The notes: generated by a model from the sequence alone, not told the origin. A stretch of 63,108 nucleotides of DNA, filler included, from Reclinomonas americana ATCC 50394 (GCA_048213135.1; 19 parts of 19 records of this genome joined end to end with filler, not necessarily neighbours in it); one strand, 5' to 3'; shown: positions 10,074 through 21,491, counted from the whole stretch's first letter. Numbers and translations: made by a program.

Positions 10074-13000
10074 CTATGCATCATCCCCCTCGCCATCACT
10101 CACTGGCCAACTATCCGCATCCTCCTCCGCCCGCCACTCCTCCGTCTCCTCGCTACTCCTCTCCGCATTCCTCAGCGCCGAGTCCGTGCCACCGATAAGA
10201 CCACCATACACCGCCTCCACCTCCTCTTCTTCGTCATCGTCCTCGGCACGCCAAATCTCCATGTCGTCGTCGTCGTAAATGCCCTCGTCGGTGCCAAACA
10301 TGCTCTGCTCCGGATGGTACTGCTCCGGTCGCTGATGTGGTGGCCGCCAGCTCGCCTCTCCATCTTCCACTTCGCCATCCATCTCCTCCTCCTCCTCCTC
10401 ATCTTCGTGATCCTCATCGGCGTCGCCATTCGGCAACGAGTGCGCCGGCATCGTGCCCACCACCGCGCTGTGGAACAGCTCCGAGTCGCGCAAATCGGCT
10501 GCCGACAGCGGACCTTCGTCGTCGTCGTCAGCGCCACCGTCACGCATCCAGCTGTCCTCATCGGTCGAGCCCGCCGGTGGTGCATTGAACGGTGCCACCG
10601 GACGCCGCCTTTCGTCGACACCATCGTCGTCATCATCGTCGAGCCCGAGAGCGGCCACGGCCACGCGGTGCAGCGCCAGCACGCCGCCCGAGGTCATACT
10701 CAACTGGGTGGCCAGACTCGCCACCACCTCCGAGGCGTCGGGATCGGTCAGCGAGCGAGCGTGTCGCGCACCATCCGGCGACGACAGCGCCGGCTGCAGC
10801 AAGTGATAATGCTGTCGCCACCTCGCCTCCACCTCGTCCACCGGCGCCGTCAGCGACGCAGCGCGGGGTGGCGTGGGAGTGCGACGGCTTCGCGGTGCCA
10901 GCGGGGGTCGCGGGGCGCGCGGTGAGTCACCATCCGACAGCACCAACTCGGCGTCCTCGTCGACTCCACTCGAGCCGCCCACCATGTCCTCCTCGGCACG
11001 CACGCCGCCCATCGACGGCATGCTGTGGGTGACCGAGTGGTCGGCAGAGGCCTGTGGGTGGAGGGAGATTAAGAGGTGAGAAAATGCCTGAGAAGAATAA
11101 GGACAAAGGGTGTCAGCGCACCGCCTCCGAGGCCGAAGACACTGGCGACGTGACGGCCGACGGGAATTCCTCATCAGGCGCCATACCACCACGCTGTGGA
11201 GGCTTGCCCGCGCCTGGCGCCACCATCTCTCCGCTGTCCACGCGCCAGTCACCACCACCGAGGGAACGGTCGTGGTCGCGCGACGACAGCGCCACCATCG
11301 AGGCCTCCGAGGCGGCCAGCAGCGACGCCGTGTGGGCCGAGCGGGCCGACAGCGAGGCCATGGAACGGGCCAACTGGGCGGACGACAGGAGCAGATTGGG
11401 TGGCCTGATCACGTCGGTCGCGCGGCGTGAGGAGGAGGACCGGCTTGTGTCGGAGCCGTTGGTGGAGGCCACCAGGTCCGACACGCTGAGCATCGGGGCG
11501 GCCGAGGCGCCAAAGGACTGCAAGAGGGGAAAGGGAAAGAGAAGAGGAGAGGAGCGTACAGAGTGAATAAGCGACACAAAACAAACAAACACCACCACCG
11601 GGAGAGGGGGAGGGAGGGGGAGAAGAAGAAGAAGAAGGATACAGAGAAGGAGGAGGAAGAGAGAAGGGGAAGAAAAGGTGACAAGAGCACCACATTGGTC
11701 CTTCATTTGCAGCAGCGCTGCGCGAGGCCATGTTGGAGGAAGTCGCAGAGAACAAGCCGGTGTGTGTGCGAGAGAGAGAGAAGGAGTGAGAGTAATGATG
11801 TTTAAGAGGAGAAAGAGGAAAGGGAGGAATAAAACGAACCGCAGAAGGCAGAAGTATAGACACAAAAGAGGCGAGAGAATGAACACGAGGAGAAGCAACA
11901 ATCGCACCGCAGAACGGGAGAAAGTGGGTGAGGAACAGCAAGAATAAAGGAGAGCAAGATTGCAAGAGGACCACAACCCACTCCACAGATGGGAGAGGAA
12001 GACGACGATGAACACATGCAGAAGAAAGAGAACACAGCAAGGTGAAAACGAAGACGACGATCACGCACAAACAAGCATCAATGCACTGAGGAGAAAAGGT
12101 GACAAACAGAAAAAGTTACTGAAGCCACAACAACACGACGATCAACAGAAAGATCCAGACACGAACCACTCAGGGTAAACTTGAATAAAAGGTTGTGATG
12201 ACATAGATGACCACGAGTAATAACAGAGAAGGGAGAGCATGCCTCGTGAGCAAAGAATCACCAGAGCAACTGCTAAGTCAACGCATTTAGCCCGATCCCT
12301 CCCCCTTTCTTCCCCTTTCTCACCTCCTGCTCCTCCACACTCGCACCCACGGAATCGTCATCGGCTGGGAAGAACCGCGCAGCAATGTCACTCCGCGGAT
12401 GCCGTATTTGCGGGAAGAAGCGATCGGTGGAGAGATCGAGATCGGCGGTCGACGCCACCATGGCCTGCGAGAGACATGAGCCAGCGATAGAAACAGAAAG
12501 CTAAATAAATCGTGCCACACCATATCAGCAGTGAGATCCTGCTGCACAGCTGACTTCCACATTCCCGAGCTGCGCAACATGTCCTCCGACGCAAGACGGC
12601 CACGATCAGTGCTGCTGGCCACCACAGCACTGTGGAATTTCACCGACTGCGAGATGATGATGGTGAGAATTATTGTCCCACACCCACATCCAGACGAGCT
12701 TGCTCACCGACGCGCCCATGGCACTCTGCATCATCGCCTCTGCCTCTTCGCCATCTTCCTCTGAGAACCGCGACCTGCGCTCCGACATGTCCTGCTCGAC
12801 TTGATGCGCCGCAGATGGCGGTCTGGCGGGTGTCAATGGTGGATGTGGGTGGTAGCGAACGGGGGAGTGTGCTCGCAATTGCGCCTGCAACTGTGCGAAG
12901 AAACAAGGTGAGAGTCAGCACGTGCGATCTCTTGCTGCCTAAGTTTTGAAATTATGCTCAACGCAGCGCCAAAGTCTTTGCACTCAACTCTCATTTCCTT

Positions 13001-16000
13001 TACAACCAGCACATCCTACTCTTCCCTTCTCACATCTTCGCCCACACAACACCTCCATTTCTGCATCTGCTCTCATCCCCATTCCGACCGCCGTCTTCCC
13101 TCTTCCCCCCACCCCAGCACAAAACTTCTACTTCTGCATCCACATCATCCCCTCTCCTCCAGACATTATTCCTCTTCTTACCTTCGCATCTCTTCCCCCA
13201 GCACAGCACCTCTATTCATCCGCCCTGTAATTTCCCTCTTCGCTCCTTCCTCCCTACCCTCGCCACGCCCTTTCTGCTCGCCATTTCCTCTTCTCTTTCC
13301 TCTTCGCCACCTCCCGTGCACAGCGCCTGTATCTCTGCAGCCCACACTCATCCAGCCATTTTTGTTCTTGTTCCCTTCTCATCCCTTCCCCCGCACAACA
13401 CCACCTTCTCTCATCCCATGCAGGCCGGCATTTTCCCTCTTCTTCCCTTCTCGCACACAGACCTTCTACTTCTGCACCACACTCTCGTCCCACGTGCGCC
13501 CGCCGTTTCCCCTCTTCTTCCCTTCTCATCCCCTCCCCCTTCCCCCTCACCCTTTCCCTTTTCTTCCCTATTCTTCCCTTCCCCACCCTTTCCCCTTCCC
13601 TCTTCACTCTCCCTTCACTTCCCCCAATTCCCTCCCCTTTCCCCGCTCACACACCTCCTCATGCTTCTGGCGCTCACGCTCCAACTGCTCCCTCACTTCC
13701 GGCGTGATCTTCACCGGCGGATGCGCATGGAAGTGCGTGACGGGGGCGTCGGATGGCAGCGCCGGCAGCGGGTGCACGGCGGTGGCCAAGTCGCGCTCGC
13801 GAGTCGACAGGAAGCGCTTGAGGTTGTCCAACTCGATCTTGAAAAAGTCAAGGAAGAACGTCTCCTGTCGCACACACGCACACAGAGGATCGTGAGGGGC
13901 ACGAATGACTGAAACGGCAAAAAAAACAATGTGAATAACCTTGATCATCGGCACCTCATCGCCATCGGCACCAGGCGGTGGAGTCGGTGGCGGTGGCGTC
14001 CTGCGTGACCGTGACATGCGCAACGCTGTCACAGGATCCTCTGCTGGGAAATGGCGTGTGAGTAATGGTTGGAAAAAAGGAAGAAGGGCTGATTTGACGA
14101 CTTCCGCTCTCACCTCCCATGGTCAACGCCTGGCGTGTCACCTGCCGCTCGTGGCGCATTTGGCGCCGCCTCTCGCACATCTCCAGCCACTGCTGGCCCG
14201 ACACAGCGCACTGCTGCTCGAGCGTCGACAGGAGCGCCTCGAATCGCGTGCGCGATCCGTCGTCACCCTCCGCGTCGCCCTCACGATATCCTGGCGGCCG
14301 AGGGCGTCGGCGGCGTGCATACTCCTCCGGTGACCCATCGAGTGTCGGATCGAATTGCACCGAACCGAGCGGCTCGCGGAGCGCGCGCTGCATTGTCGAT
14401 GAGTGTCAGAGAGATGCATGGAAAAGTGCATGACAAGGCACAACACTCACATCGAGCGGTGGAGGCCGCGTCGGTGACCGCGTGCTAGGTGGCATGGTCG
14501 GTGAGAAGGAGGCCATCGGCGGCATGGTGCTCTTGATTTGCAGCAAGCGCAGCCGCTCACGCTGTGAGGGCGACAGCGACCGGTCGTCGTGCGAGGGAGA
14601 CAGTGGCATGAGTGATGCCGGGCGCGCCGCTGCAACACTGGCGGGTGTGGCCGCCACCGAGGCGAACGAGTTTGGCGACACCGCGGTCGGTCGCAAATCG
14701 ACCACTGACATGGGAGCGGCCGCGGTGCCCGACAGCGGCGTGAGGGCAGGAGTTGATCGCACCGAGGCGTAGTGCGACGTGGACGAAGGCGTGGCGCGGT
14801 GCATCATCGAAGCCTCGTGGTGGTGCTGGTAGTGGTGGTGGTGGTGTTGTTGCTGTTGTTGTTGATGTTGCGCGGCAAGCGATGGAGTGGTTGAATGCGG
14901 GCGAGGTGGGAGGTGGTGAGAATCTGCGAACGAGACGAATACGTATGAGAGGGTGGATGAACAAGGGTGACACCATGCGTGCCACGCACCACGATGAATA
15001 CTCCGCGACGTGCCATTCTGATGTGCTGACGGCGCGGCAGCAGCAGCAGCAGCGGGAGTTGGCGGCTGCTGGCTGTGCGACGGCGACGGTACGAACCACG
15101 GTGATGGACTCGCCAGTGCACTGTTGCGACGTCGCTCAGCCGACCGTGCCTCCTCGAGAACCTGCAACGCCCGCTCCCACTTGCTCCGGTTGGTTGTGGA
15201 GGCGGGTGCATCGCCATTCGCCGCGTGCGCCCTGTCGAGCGCGGACTGCCAGCGAACGCCGTTGGGCTCCTGCGAAATGGAAATGAGTTTCTCACAAAAA
15301 AACAGACATTTTCCTGCTTGTCCTCACCGACTCGGTTCTCGCATGTCGCACAGACGGCACGGCCAGCTCGACACTCGCGCTCACCGCCTCGTCGCCGCGG
15401 CCATCACGACTCGCCCTCTCGTGCGTCGGTGGCGACACGGACGACTCTCGACACGGAATGTGCTGAATGGAGTCGTCGACTCGCGAATTGTCGGCCACAC
15501 CGAGACCGAGCGTGGCCAGACTGGCGGCGGCCTCGGCGGGTGCAGGCGACGCGCGTGGCGACACGGGCGCCGAGCGAGACCGGTGGCCATTGCCATTGTC
15601 GACCGGGGCCGCGAGGCGTGTCGGTGCCACCATCACGTGGTACTCGGCACCGGGACGCAGGGCCGCAGTGGCCGACGCCGGCCGCCGACGCTGCTGCTGC
15701 GCGTGCGACTGCCGCCAACGGAGAGGCGACTCGGAGGCAGCGGATGCCGGGCGCCTCTTTTCTCTGTCGCCGTTCTCCGCAAAGGACGACGAGGACGATG
15801 CCAGCGGTGGTGGTGGTGGTGGTGGCGGCGGCGCCTGCGGAGTGGAATTGGCGGTGACGTCGGATCCGTGGGAGACCTCAAAGAGGCTCTTCAGCAGACT
15901 CAGAGCGTGCTTGGTCGCCGCGTCGGGGCACGAGCCGACAGAGGGGCACCCGATCACACACACGGAGGGTGCCACCGTGCTCGGCGTGCCCGGTTCCACT

Positions 16001-16447
16001 TGCAACACCGGTTGGAGGAGGCGCGTGAGTGCCGTGTCGCGCCAGCGCGAGTGGCGAGAGTTGGGTCGCACGTAGCCCTCCAGCACCTGTTCCAGAGAGG
16101 TAAGGAAAGGGTGATGGGCGAGGAGGGAGAGGAGGAAGAAGGTGAAACGCAACAGTCAGCAGTGCGGTGACGGATGTGTTTGTCGGTGGTGTGGGAGTCG
16201 GTGAGCGAGAGCGGCGTTCCGAAAACGAGTCGTCGGCGCAGGCCAGCGCAATGTCGGCCACGCAGAGGAGGCGGCGATGACCTGGTGGCGCAAGGAGATT
16301 ACTTCTGAGGCACACAGACGGAGGGGGGAGAGAGAGACGCGGGGGAGTCGATTGTAACGAACCACAGCCAGGTCGCCGAACGGAGAAGAATACCACCAGG
16401 TGCACCGGGTCGCACACGGCGCGCTTGGCGATGAGCGAGCGGCGGAG
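10074..16447 (-). CDS. Large multi-exon low-complexity (Ser/Pro/Ala/His-rich, acidic C-terminus) hypothetical protein; may be more than one gene; 5' end probably beyond the contig
   Basis: GC-rich open segments on the minus strand (approx. 16087-15327, 14400-14113, 13865-13653, 12890-12345, 11517-11119, 11051-10074) are separated by CT-rich GT..AG introns. No domain recognised. Confidence 0.55.
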
Positions 16448-16660
16448 CTGTGTGTGAGAAGGAGAGAGTGAGAAGGAGAAGGAGAGAGAGAAGGAGAGAG
16501 AAGGAGAGAGAGAGAAGGAAAGAGTGAGAAGGAAAGAGTGAGAAGGAGAGAGTGAGAACGAGGGAAAGAGCGTCATTCAACAGCAAACAAAGTGCCATTC
16601 AGGGAGGAAGGAGCGAGAGAGAAACGCACAATGGCCGCAGTCAGCGCTCCTGACAAGAAG

Positions 16661-16760
16661 NNNNNNNNNNNNNNNNNNNNNNNNNNNNNNNNNNNNNNNN
16701 NNNNTTAATTAATTAANNNNNNNNNNNNNNNNNNNNNNNNNNNNNNNNNNNNNNNNNNNN
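16661..16760. other. Artificial contig spacer (N44-TTAATTAATTAA-N44), eukaryote-to-bacterium junction
   Basis: Six-frame stop linker. Identical spacers start at 18492, 22077, 23522, 24651, 25922, 28931, 31323, 33325, 34500, 36055, 37245, 39383, 42171, 46012, 50013, 55791 and 57181. Confidence 0.99.
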
Positions 16761-16761
16761 G

Positions 16762-17430
16762 CTAAGAGTTCTTGGCGACAAATTCGCTAATGATATCAGT
16801 GGAGCGCGTCGCTGTAGCGCGCCGCAATCTTTGAGATAGTTCGACGCGATATTGAGACGGCAGCGAACGCTGCCGCCGGCGCTCTGGCACTTCTACGAGC
16901 TCGGGCATCTTGGTGAGAGCCCCGTCGGCGAACGCGGCGGGGCCTTCGAATGCCCGCGGAATGGTGCGGTGCGCCTGTTGATAATGTCGTCGAGCACATT
17001 CCGGTTGTACGAAGGGTCAGCTAGGTTGCGCTCGCGGTGGCTGTTTTGCCAAGCCGAGATTCCGGACGTGCTGACATATCGGCCTCCGCTCGCAAGCTGG
17101 ATGTTGCGCCCCAGCCCGCTCATCTTCTCGGCCCCGTCGGCTCGCGCCGGCAGGGCCTTTTCGTTAGCGCATTGGCTGCGGCCGGCCGTCCGTCAGCGAC
17201 TTCCCGTCGGGTTCCGTCTTTCGACCGTATTCGCGATTCATCTGGGAATCCGCACCGCCCCGGGCTTCGGGACGGTGGGGGCCTAGCGCTTCGGGCGTGC
17301 GCTGGCGTCTTGTTTCCGGTGAATCCTGCTTTGCCCCAAAACCTTCTCTGGTGGGCGGGTGGACACTCTGCGCGCTCGCTGCGCCCGCCAACCCAACCGC
17401 CACGGCCAGGGCTATAGAGAACTGTCTCAT
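16762..17430 (-). CDS. Hypothetical exported protein, broken by about two frameshifts
   Basis: Signal peptide MRQFSIALAVAVGLAGAASAQ after a GAGG RBS. Protein-like text continues in other frames to a stop near 16762. Confidence 0.45.
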
Positions 17431-17542
17431 GAACGGCTCCACTTCCTCGGAAACGAACGCACGCCGTTGGCAGCATGTTCCTGCGATCTGGCACGCAGGC
17501 ACGCCTGCGAGCGCCATCGGACCGACTCAACCTCCGATCGGG

Positions 17543-17577
17543 TTGACTCTTCCAGCCCAGATGTTCTTATTATGTTC
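17543..17577 (+). promoter_or_regulatory. Sigma70-like promoter overlapped by an alphaproteobacterial LexA (SOS) box
   Basis: TTGACT at 17543-17548; GTTC-TTATTAT-GTTC (GTTC-N7-GTTC) at 17563-17577, 21 bp before the ATG at 17599. Confidence 0.8.
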
Positions 17578-17598
17578 TCACAATCGAGAGCGAGAACG

Positions 17599-17829
17599 AT
17601 GTCAGCGCTGCCAGCCGACCAGCGGGTCGAGGACGCGTCCCTTGATGCTGAAATCACCGGGATGATCGCCGAATTGCTCGAGGAGCACGGCTCGGAATTC
17701 GCGGCGCTGCGGGCACTGGCGCACGACTTCCTCGTATTGCTCGCCGATGCCGATCGCTCGGTCTCGCGCGGCTATCTGCGCGGGCTGTTCTCGGAGGGCG
17801 CCCGTCCACTTCGCAGAGAGGATGAGTGA
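17599..17829 (+). CDS. Small hypothetical protein (76 aa), predicted SOS-regulated
   Basis: MSALPADQ..DADRSVSRGYLRGLF; host-like codon usage; lies directly behind the promoter and LexA box. Confidence 0.7.
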   Translation: MSALPADQRVEDASLDAEITGMIAELLEEHGSEFAALRALAHDFLVLLADADRSVSRGYLRGLFSEGARPLRREDE

Positions 17830-17974
17830 GGGCGGCGGCTCGCGGGTCGAGATCGAGTCTGGCGCGACGGAGCGGGCGTATTGACCCGTCTGCGCCGATA
17901 CATCCTCGTCATCGCCGGCGCCGATATCGGCGCCGGCTTTGATCATGGCAGGGCCGCGGCTGCAGGGCCGCGGC

Positions 17975-18491
17975 TCACTTGCCGTATTGCTGGATCAGCG
18001 CGCGGGCCTCGGCGAGCAGCTTCTTGCCGTCGGCACCCTTGGCGCCGACCTCCTTGACCCACTCCTCCTCGACCGCGGCGGTGGCGTCGACCCAGCGCTT
18101 GTACTCGTCCTGCGGCAGGTCGTAGAAGACGCCGCCGAGATCCGCCGCCTGCTTCTTATAGGTCTCGACCACCGCGTCGAAGCCGGTCTCGCCGGCCCAG
18201 GCCGAGGTCTCCGGGCCGCTATTGGCATCGATCACCTTCTTCAGATCGGCCGGCAGGCCGTCGTATTTCGCCTGGTTCATCCCGAACAGGAAGATCGTGT
18301 TCGAGATGCGCGGCGCTCCCGCCGGCACGTTGAGATGGTATTTGGCGATCTCGGCGAGCTTGATCGACGGCGAGCCCTCCCACGGCACCGCCGCGCCGTC
18401 GACGACGCCCTTGGCCAGCGATTCCGGCACGGCCGGCAGCGGCATCTGCACCGGCGTCGCGCCGAGCGCCGCGAGCATCTTCGAATTGGCG
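17975..18491 (-). CDS. TRAP transporter substrate-binding protein (DctP family), C-terminal part
   Basis: ALGATPVQMP..SLAKGVVDG..MNQAKYDGLPADLKKVID. Confidence 0.9.
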
Positions 18492-18591
18492 NNNNNNNNN
18501 NNNNNNNNNNNNNNNNNNNNNNNNNNNNNNNNNNNTTAATTAATTAANNNNNNNNNNNNNNNNNNNNNNNNNNNNNNNNNNNNNNNNNNNN

Positions 18592-19017
18592 GCCGCGCGC
18601 CGGCTCGATCGCCCATTTGACGTAAGGCTTCGGCAGTTCGGTCGCCTGCACCGAGGCGAGGAACGGGTCGAAGGGCAGGATCGAGCGCGCCTGCTGGCCG
18701 GCGGTGATCAGCAGCGGCGTCTGGTTCTTGAACGCCGTGAAGATATTGCCCATGGCGTGGCCGACGCCGGCGGCCGAGTGCAGGTTGACCAGCGCGGCAT
18801 TGCGCGTCGCCTGGGCATAGCCGTCGGCCATACCGACCACGACCGCTTCCTGCAGGCCGAGCACATAGCGGAAATCTTCCGGGTACTCCCGGAACATCGG
18901 CAGTTCGGTCGAGCCGGGATTGCCGAACACCGTATCGATCCCGAGCTGGCGCAGCAGGTCGAGCACGGCGTCGCGGACGCTCGGACGGGAAGGGGAGGAT
19001 GTGGTGTCGGCTGGCAT
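18592..19017 (-). CDS. mdlC: Benzoylformate decarboxylase (ThDP enzyme), N-terminal part
   Basis: GIDTVFGNPGSTELP..YVLGLQEAVVVGMADGYAQA..VNLHSAAGVGHAMGN. Confidence 0.85.
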
Positions 19018-19089
19018 GCGCGTCCCTCGGATCGCAGGCACTGTGGCGGCACATTGGCCATTGCTCAATTAGATGAAGCGACTAAGTAT

Positions 19090-19106
19090 TATTCGCATGG
19101 CGAATA
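19090..19106. promoter_or_regulatory. Candidate LysR recognition site
   Basis: Perfect dyad TATTCGC-ATG-GCGAATA containing T-N11-A, between the divergent mdlC and LysR genes. Confidence 0.55.
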
Positions 19107-20023
19107 TCGACACGATCGACCTGAACCTGCTGAGGCTGTTCGACGCGGTCTACCGCACCCGCAATGTCAGCCGCGCCGCCGAGGAACTCGGCCTGTCGCA
19201 GCCGGCGACGAGCCAGGCTCTGACGCGCCTGCGCCTGCTGCTGCGCGATCCGCTGTTCGAGCGCGTCGCCGGGGGCGTCAGGCCGACCGCCCGCTCCGAA
19301 CGGCTGGCGCATTCGGTCCAGGCGGGGCTGGCTCTGCTGGAAGCCGGCTTGAACGAGGGTGAGCGCTTCGACCCCGCCACGACGGAGGCCGAGCTGCGCC
19401 TGCATCTCAGCGATATCGGCGAAGGCCGCTTCCTGCCGCCGCTGATGACCACTTTCCGCGAGATCGCGCCGAACCTGCGCATCACCGCGCGCGCCTGGAC
19501 GCATGAGGCGATCTCCGAGGCGCTCGACAATGGCCAGTTGCATTTCGCGCTCGGCTTCCTCCCGACCGTCGGCGGCACCGCCCATGCCGAGATGCTGAGC
19601 GACCGCTACCAGATCTTCGTGCGCGCCGACCATCCGGTGACGCGCCAGGCCGTCGACGGCGCCTTGAGTGCTGAGGCGATCGCGAAGCTGGATTTCGTCG
19701 CCGTGCGCTCGCATGTCCAAACGCAGCGGATGCTGGAGATGCTGCATCTCGATCCGCGCATCCGGCTGGTCGTTTCAAGCTTCATGGCGCTGCCGCCGAT
19801 CATCCGCGCCACCGACCTCGCCGTGCTGATGCCGCGCCAGATCGGCCTGCACCTCGAGCCGATCGGCGCCTTCGCGCTGCTCGAACCGGCGCTGCCGCAG
19901 CGCGATTTCAGTGTCGCGCTGCACTGGAGCCGGCGTCATGCCCAGAACGCCATGCTGCGCTGGGCGCGGGAGGTCATCCTGGAGCTGTTCCGCAATCGGC
20001 AACGAGTCGACCCTGGCGGCTAA
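19097..20023 (+). CDS. LysR-family regulator (NahR/DntR-like)
   Basis: IDLNLLRLFDAVYRTRNVSRAAEELGLSQPATSQALTRLR..DPLF HTH plus substrate-binding domain. Confidence 0.95.
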   Translation: MANIDTIDLNLLRLFDAVYRTRNVSRAAEELGLSQPATSQALTRLRLLLRDPLFERVAGGVRPTARSERLAHSVQAGLALLEAGLNEGERFDPATTEAELRLHLSDIGEGRFLPPLMTTFREIAPNLRITARAWTHEAISEALDNGQLHFALGFLPTVGGTAHAEMLSDRYQIFVRADHPVTRQAVDGALSAEAIAKLDFVAVRSHVQTQRMLEMLHLDPRIRLVVSSFMALPPIIRATDLAVLMPRQIGLHLEPIGAFALLEPALPQRDFSVALHWSRRHAQNAMLRWAREVILELFRNRQRVDPGG

Positions 20024-20052
20024 GGCTGCCCGTTCGCTGCAGGCGAGGGTCG

Positions 20053-20532
20053 TCAGATCGGCTGTGCCCCGCGATAGCGCGCGAAGACGTTCTGCCGGCC
20101 GGCCGAGAAGACCACGACGTCATAAGTGTCCGGCGCCTGGCCCGGCACTTCCATGCCGGGCGAGCCGACTGGCATGCCGGCGACAGCGAGGCCGATCACT
20201 TTCGGCCGCTCGGTCAGCAGGCGCTTGATAGCCTGCGTCGGAACATGGCCTTCCAGCACATAGCCGCCGATTTCGGCGGTGTGGCAGGAGGCGAGCGCAT
20301 CGGGCACTCCGAGCCTCAGCTTGAGCGGTGCGACGTCCGCAACCTCGATCACCTCGACCGCAAAGCCGGCCGCCTGCGCATGCTTGACCCAATTGCCGCA
20401 GCAGCCGCAGTTCGGATCGCGCGTCACGATCATCTTGGGCAAGCTCTCGGCGGCATCAGCGGGTCGCGGCAGCCCGCATGCGGCGGCGCCGAAAAGCAGC
20501 GCGCGGCGGGAGAGGGTGAATTCGTTCGCCAT
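20053..20532 (-). CDS. DUF411 (CopG-like) periplasmic metal-binding protein
   Basis: Tat-like SRRALL, then PNCGCC, SCHTA, EGHVP, GLAVAGMPVGSPGME. Confidence 0.9.
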   Translation of the reverse strand: MANEFTLSRRALLFGAAACGLPRPADAAESLPKMIVTRDPNCGCCGNWVKHAQAAGFAVEVIEVADVAPLKLRLGVPDALASCHTAEIGGYVLEGHVPTQAIKRLLTERPKVIGLAVAGMPVGSPGMEVPGQAPDTYDVVVFSAGRQNVFARYRGAQPI

Positions 20533-20540
20533 GCTCAGCC

Positions 20541-20807
20541 TCAAGCGACCAGTTCCTCGCCCGGCGTATAACCGGCGGAGGTGATGGCTGACCTGATCGC
20601 GGCGACATCGGTGCTGCCCTGCACGCTGACCAGTTTCGAGCCGGGATCGGCGCTGACGCAGGTGCCGGGGACCTTGCTCTCGACCGCCTGCTTGATCGCG
20701 CCGCCGCAGTGGCCGCAGGCCATGTCCTCGACGCGAAAGCTGATCGCCCTGCCGGGGGCGGGCGTTACGGCCGAGGTGGTGGTCGAATGCTGCTGGCAGG
20801 AGCACAT
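20541..20807 (-). CDS. Heavy-metal-associated domain protein (CopZ-like chaperone)
   Basis: FRVEDMACGHCGGAIKQAV..AITSAGY. Confidence 0.9.
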   Translation of the reverse strand: MCSCQQHSTTTSAVTPAPGRAISFRVEDMACGHCGGAIKQAVESKVPGTCVSADPGSKLVSVQGSTDVAAIRSAITSAGYTPGEELVA

Positions 20808-20846
20808 GGCTGCACGGTCCTTCGCGTGACGATGGCCGCACCCTGC

Positions 20847-20870
20847 ACCTTCCAACGGTGGTAAGGTCAA
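20847..20870 (-). promoter_or_regulatory. CueR-type operator/promoter
   Basis: ACCTTCC-N7-GTAAGGT at 20847-20867 (one mismatch to ACCTTCC-N7-GGAAGGT), overlapping TTGACC (-35) on the minus strand upstream of the HMA gene. Confidence 0.85.
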
Positions 20871-20904
20871 GCGTCTTTCCGACCTTGCCGCACCGGCGTC
20901 GACC

Positions 20905-21423
20905 TCACACGCCGTTCCGGACGGCGCGGAACTGGGCGAGGAAGGCCTGCGGCTCGGGCAGCGAGGCCATGCGCGCGACCTCGCGCTCCTTGGGCGGCTT
21001 CGCGGCCAGCCCGGTGGCGCTGGTCGGGAAGAACTGGATCGCCGGGGTGCCCTCGATGCCGTAGTGCTTCGCCAGCGCCTTCTCGGTCAGCTTGCCGCCA
21101 TCGAAATCGGTGACCTCGCGGGCGCCGAGGATGTTGAGATGCAGCACCGCGAAATTGTCGCGGATATAGCTTTCGATCGCCGGGTCGGCGAGATGGACCT
21201 CGTGCATGCGTCGGCAGGCCGGGCAATTGCGCAGGCCCCAGAGGATGACGAAGCGCTTGCCGCCTTGGCTCGCATTGGTCAGGTCGTCGGCGAGATCGAG
21301 GAAGCTTTCGAGATACCAGTCCTCCTGGTAGAGCCCGTCCTCGCCGAGCTTCGCCTTGGCCAGGGCCGGCGATGCCGCCATGGCCACGATCGTGCTCGCC
21401 AGCATGCCGCGTCGTGTGATCAT
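20905..21423 (-). CDS. soxW: SoxW-family periplasmic thioredoxin-like protein
   Basis: Tat signal ITRRGML; GEDGLYQEDWYLESFLDLADDL; CPAC; GAREVTDFDG. Confidence 0.85.
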   Translation of the reverse strand: MITRRGMLASTIVAMAASPALAKAKLGEDGLYQEDWYLESFLDLADDLTNASQGGKRFVILWGLRNCPACRRMHEVHLADPAIESYIRDNFAVLHLNILGAREVTDFDGGKLTEKALAKHYGIEGTPAIQFFPTSATGLAAKPPKEREVARMASLPEPQAFLAQFRAVRNGV

Positions 21424-21463
21424 GGCGTCGCCTCCGCACCGAGCCTCAGCGGGCTCTGGTATA

Positions 21464-21485
21464 AACATATGAATACGACTATGTT
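21464..21485. promoter_or_regulatory. Candidate SoxR (ArsR-type) operator
   Basis: AT-rich dyad AACATA-N10-TATGTT in the 68-bp gap between the divergent soxW and soxS genes. Confidence 0.45.
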
Positions 21486-21491
21486 CGGCCA

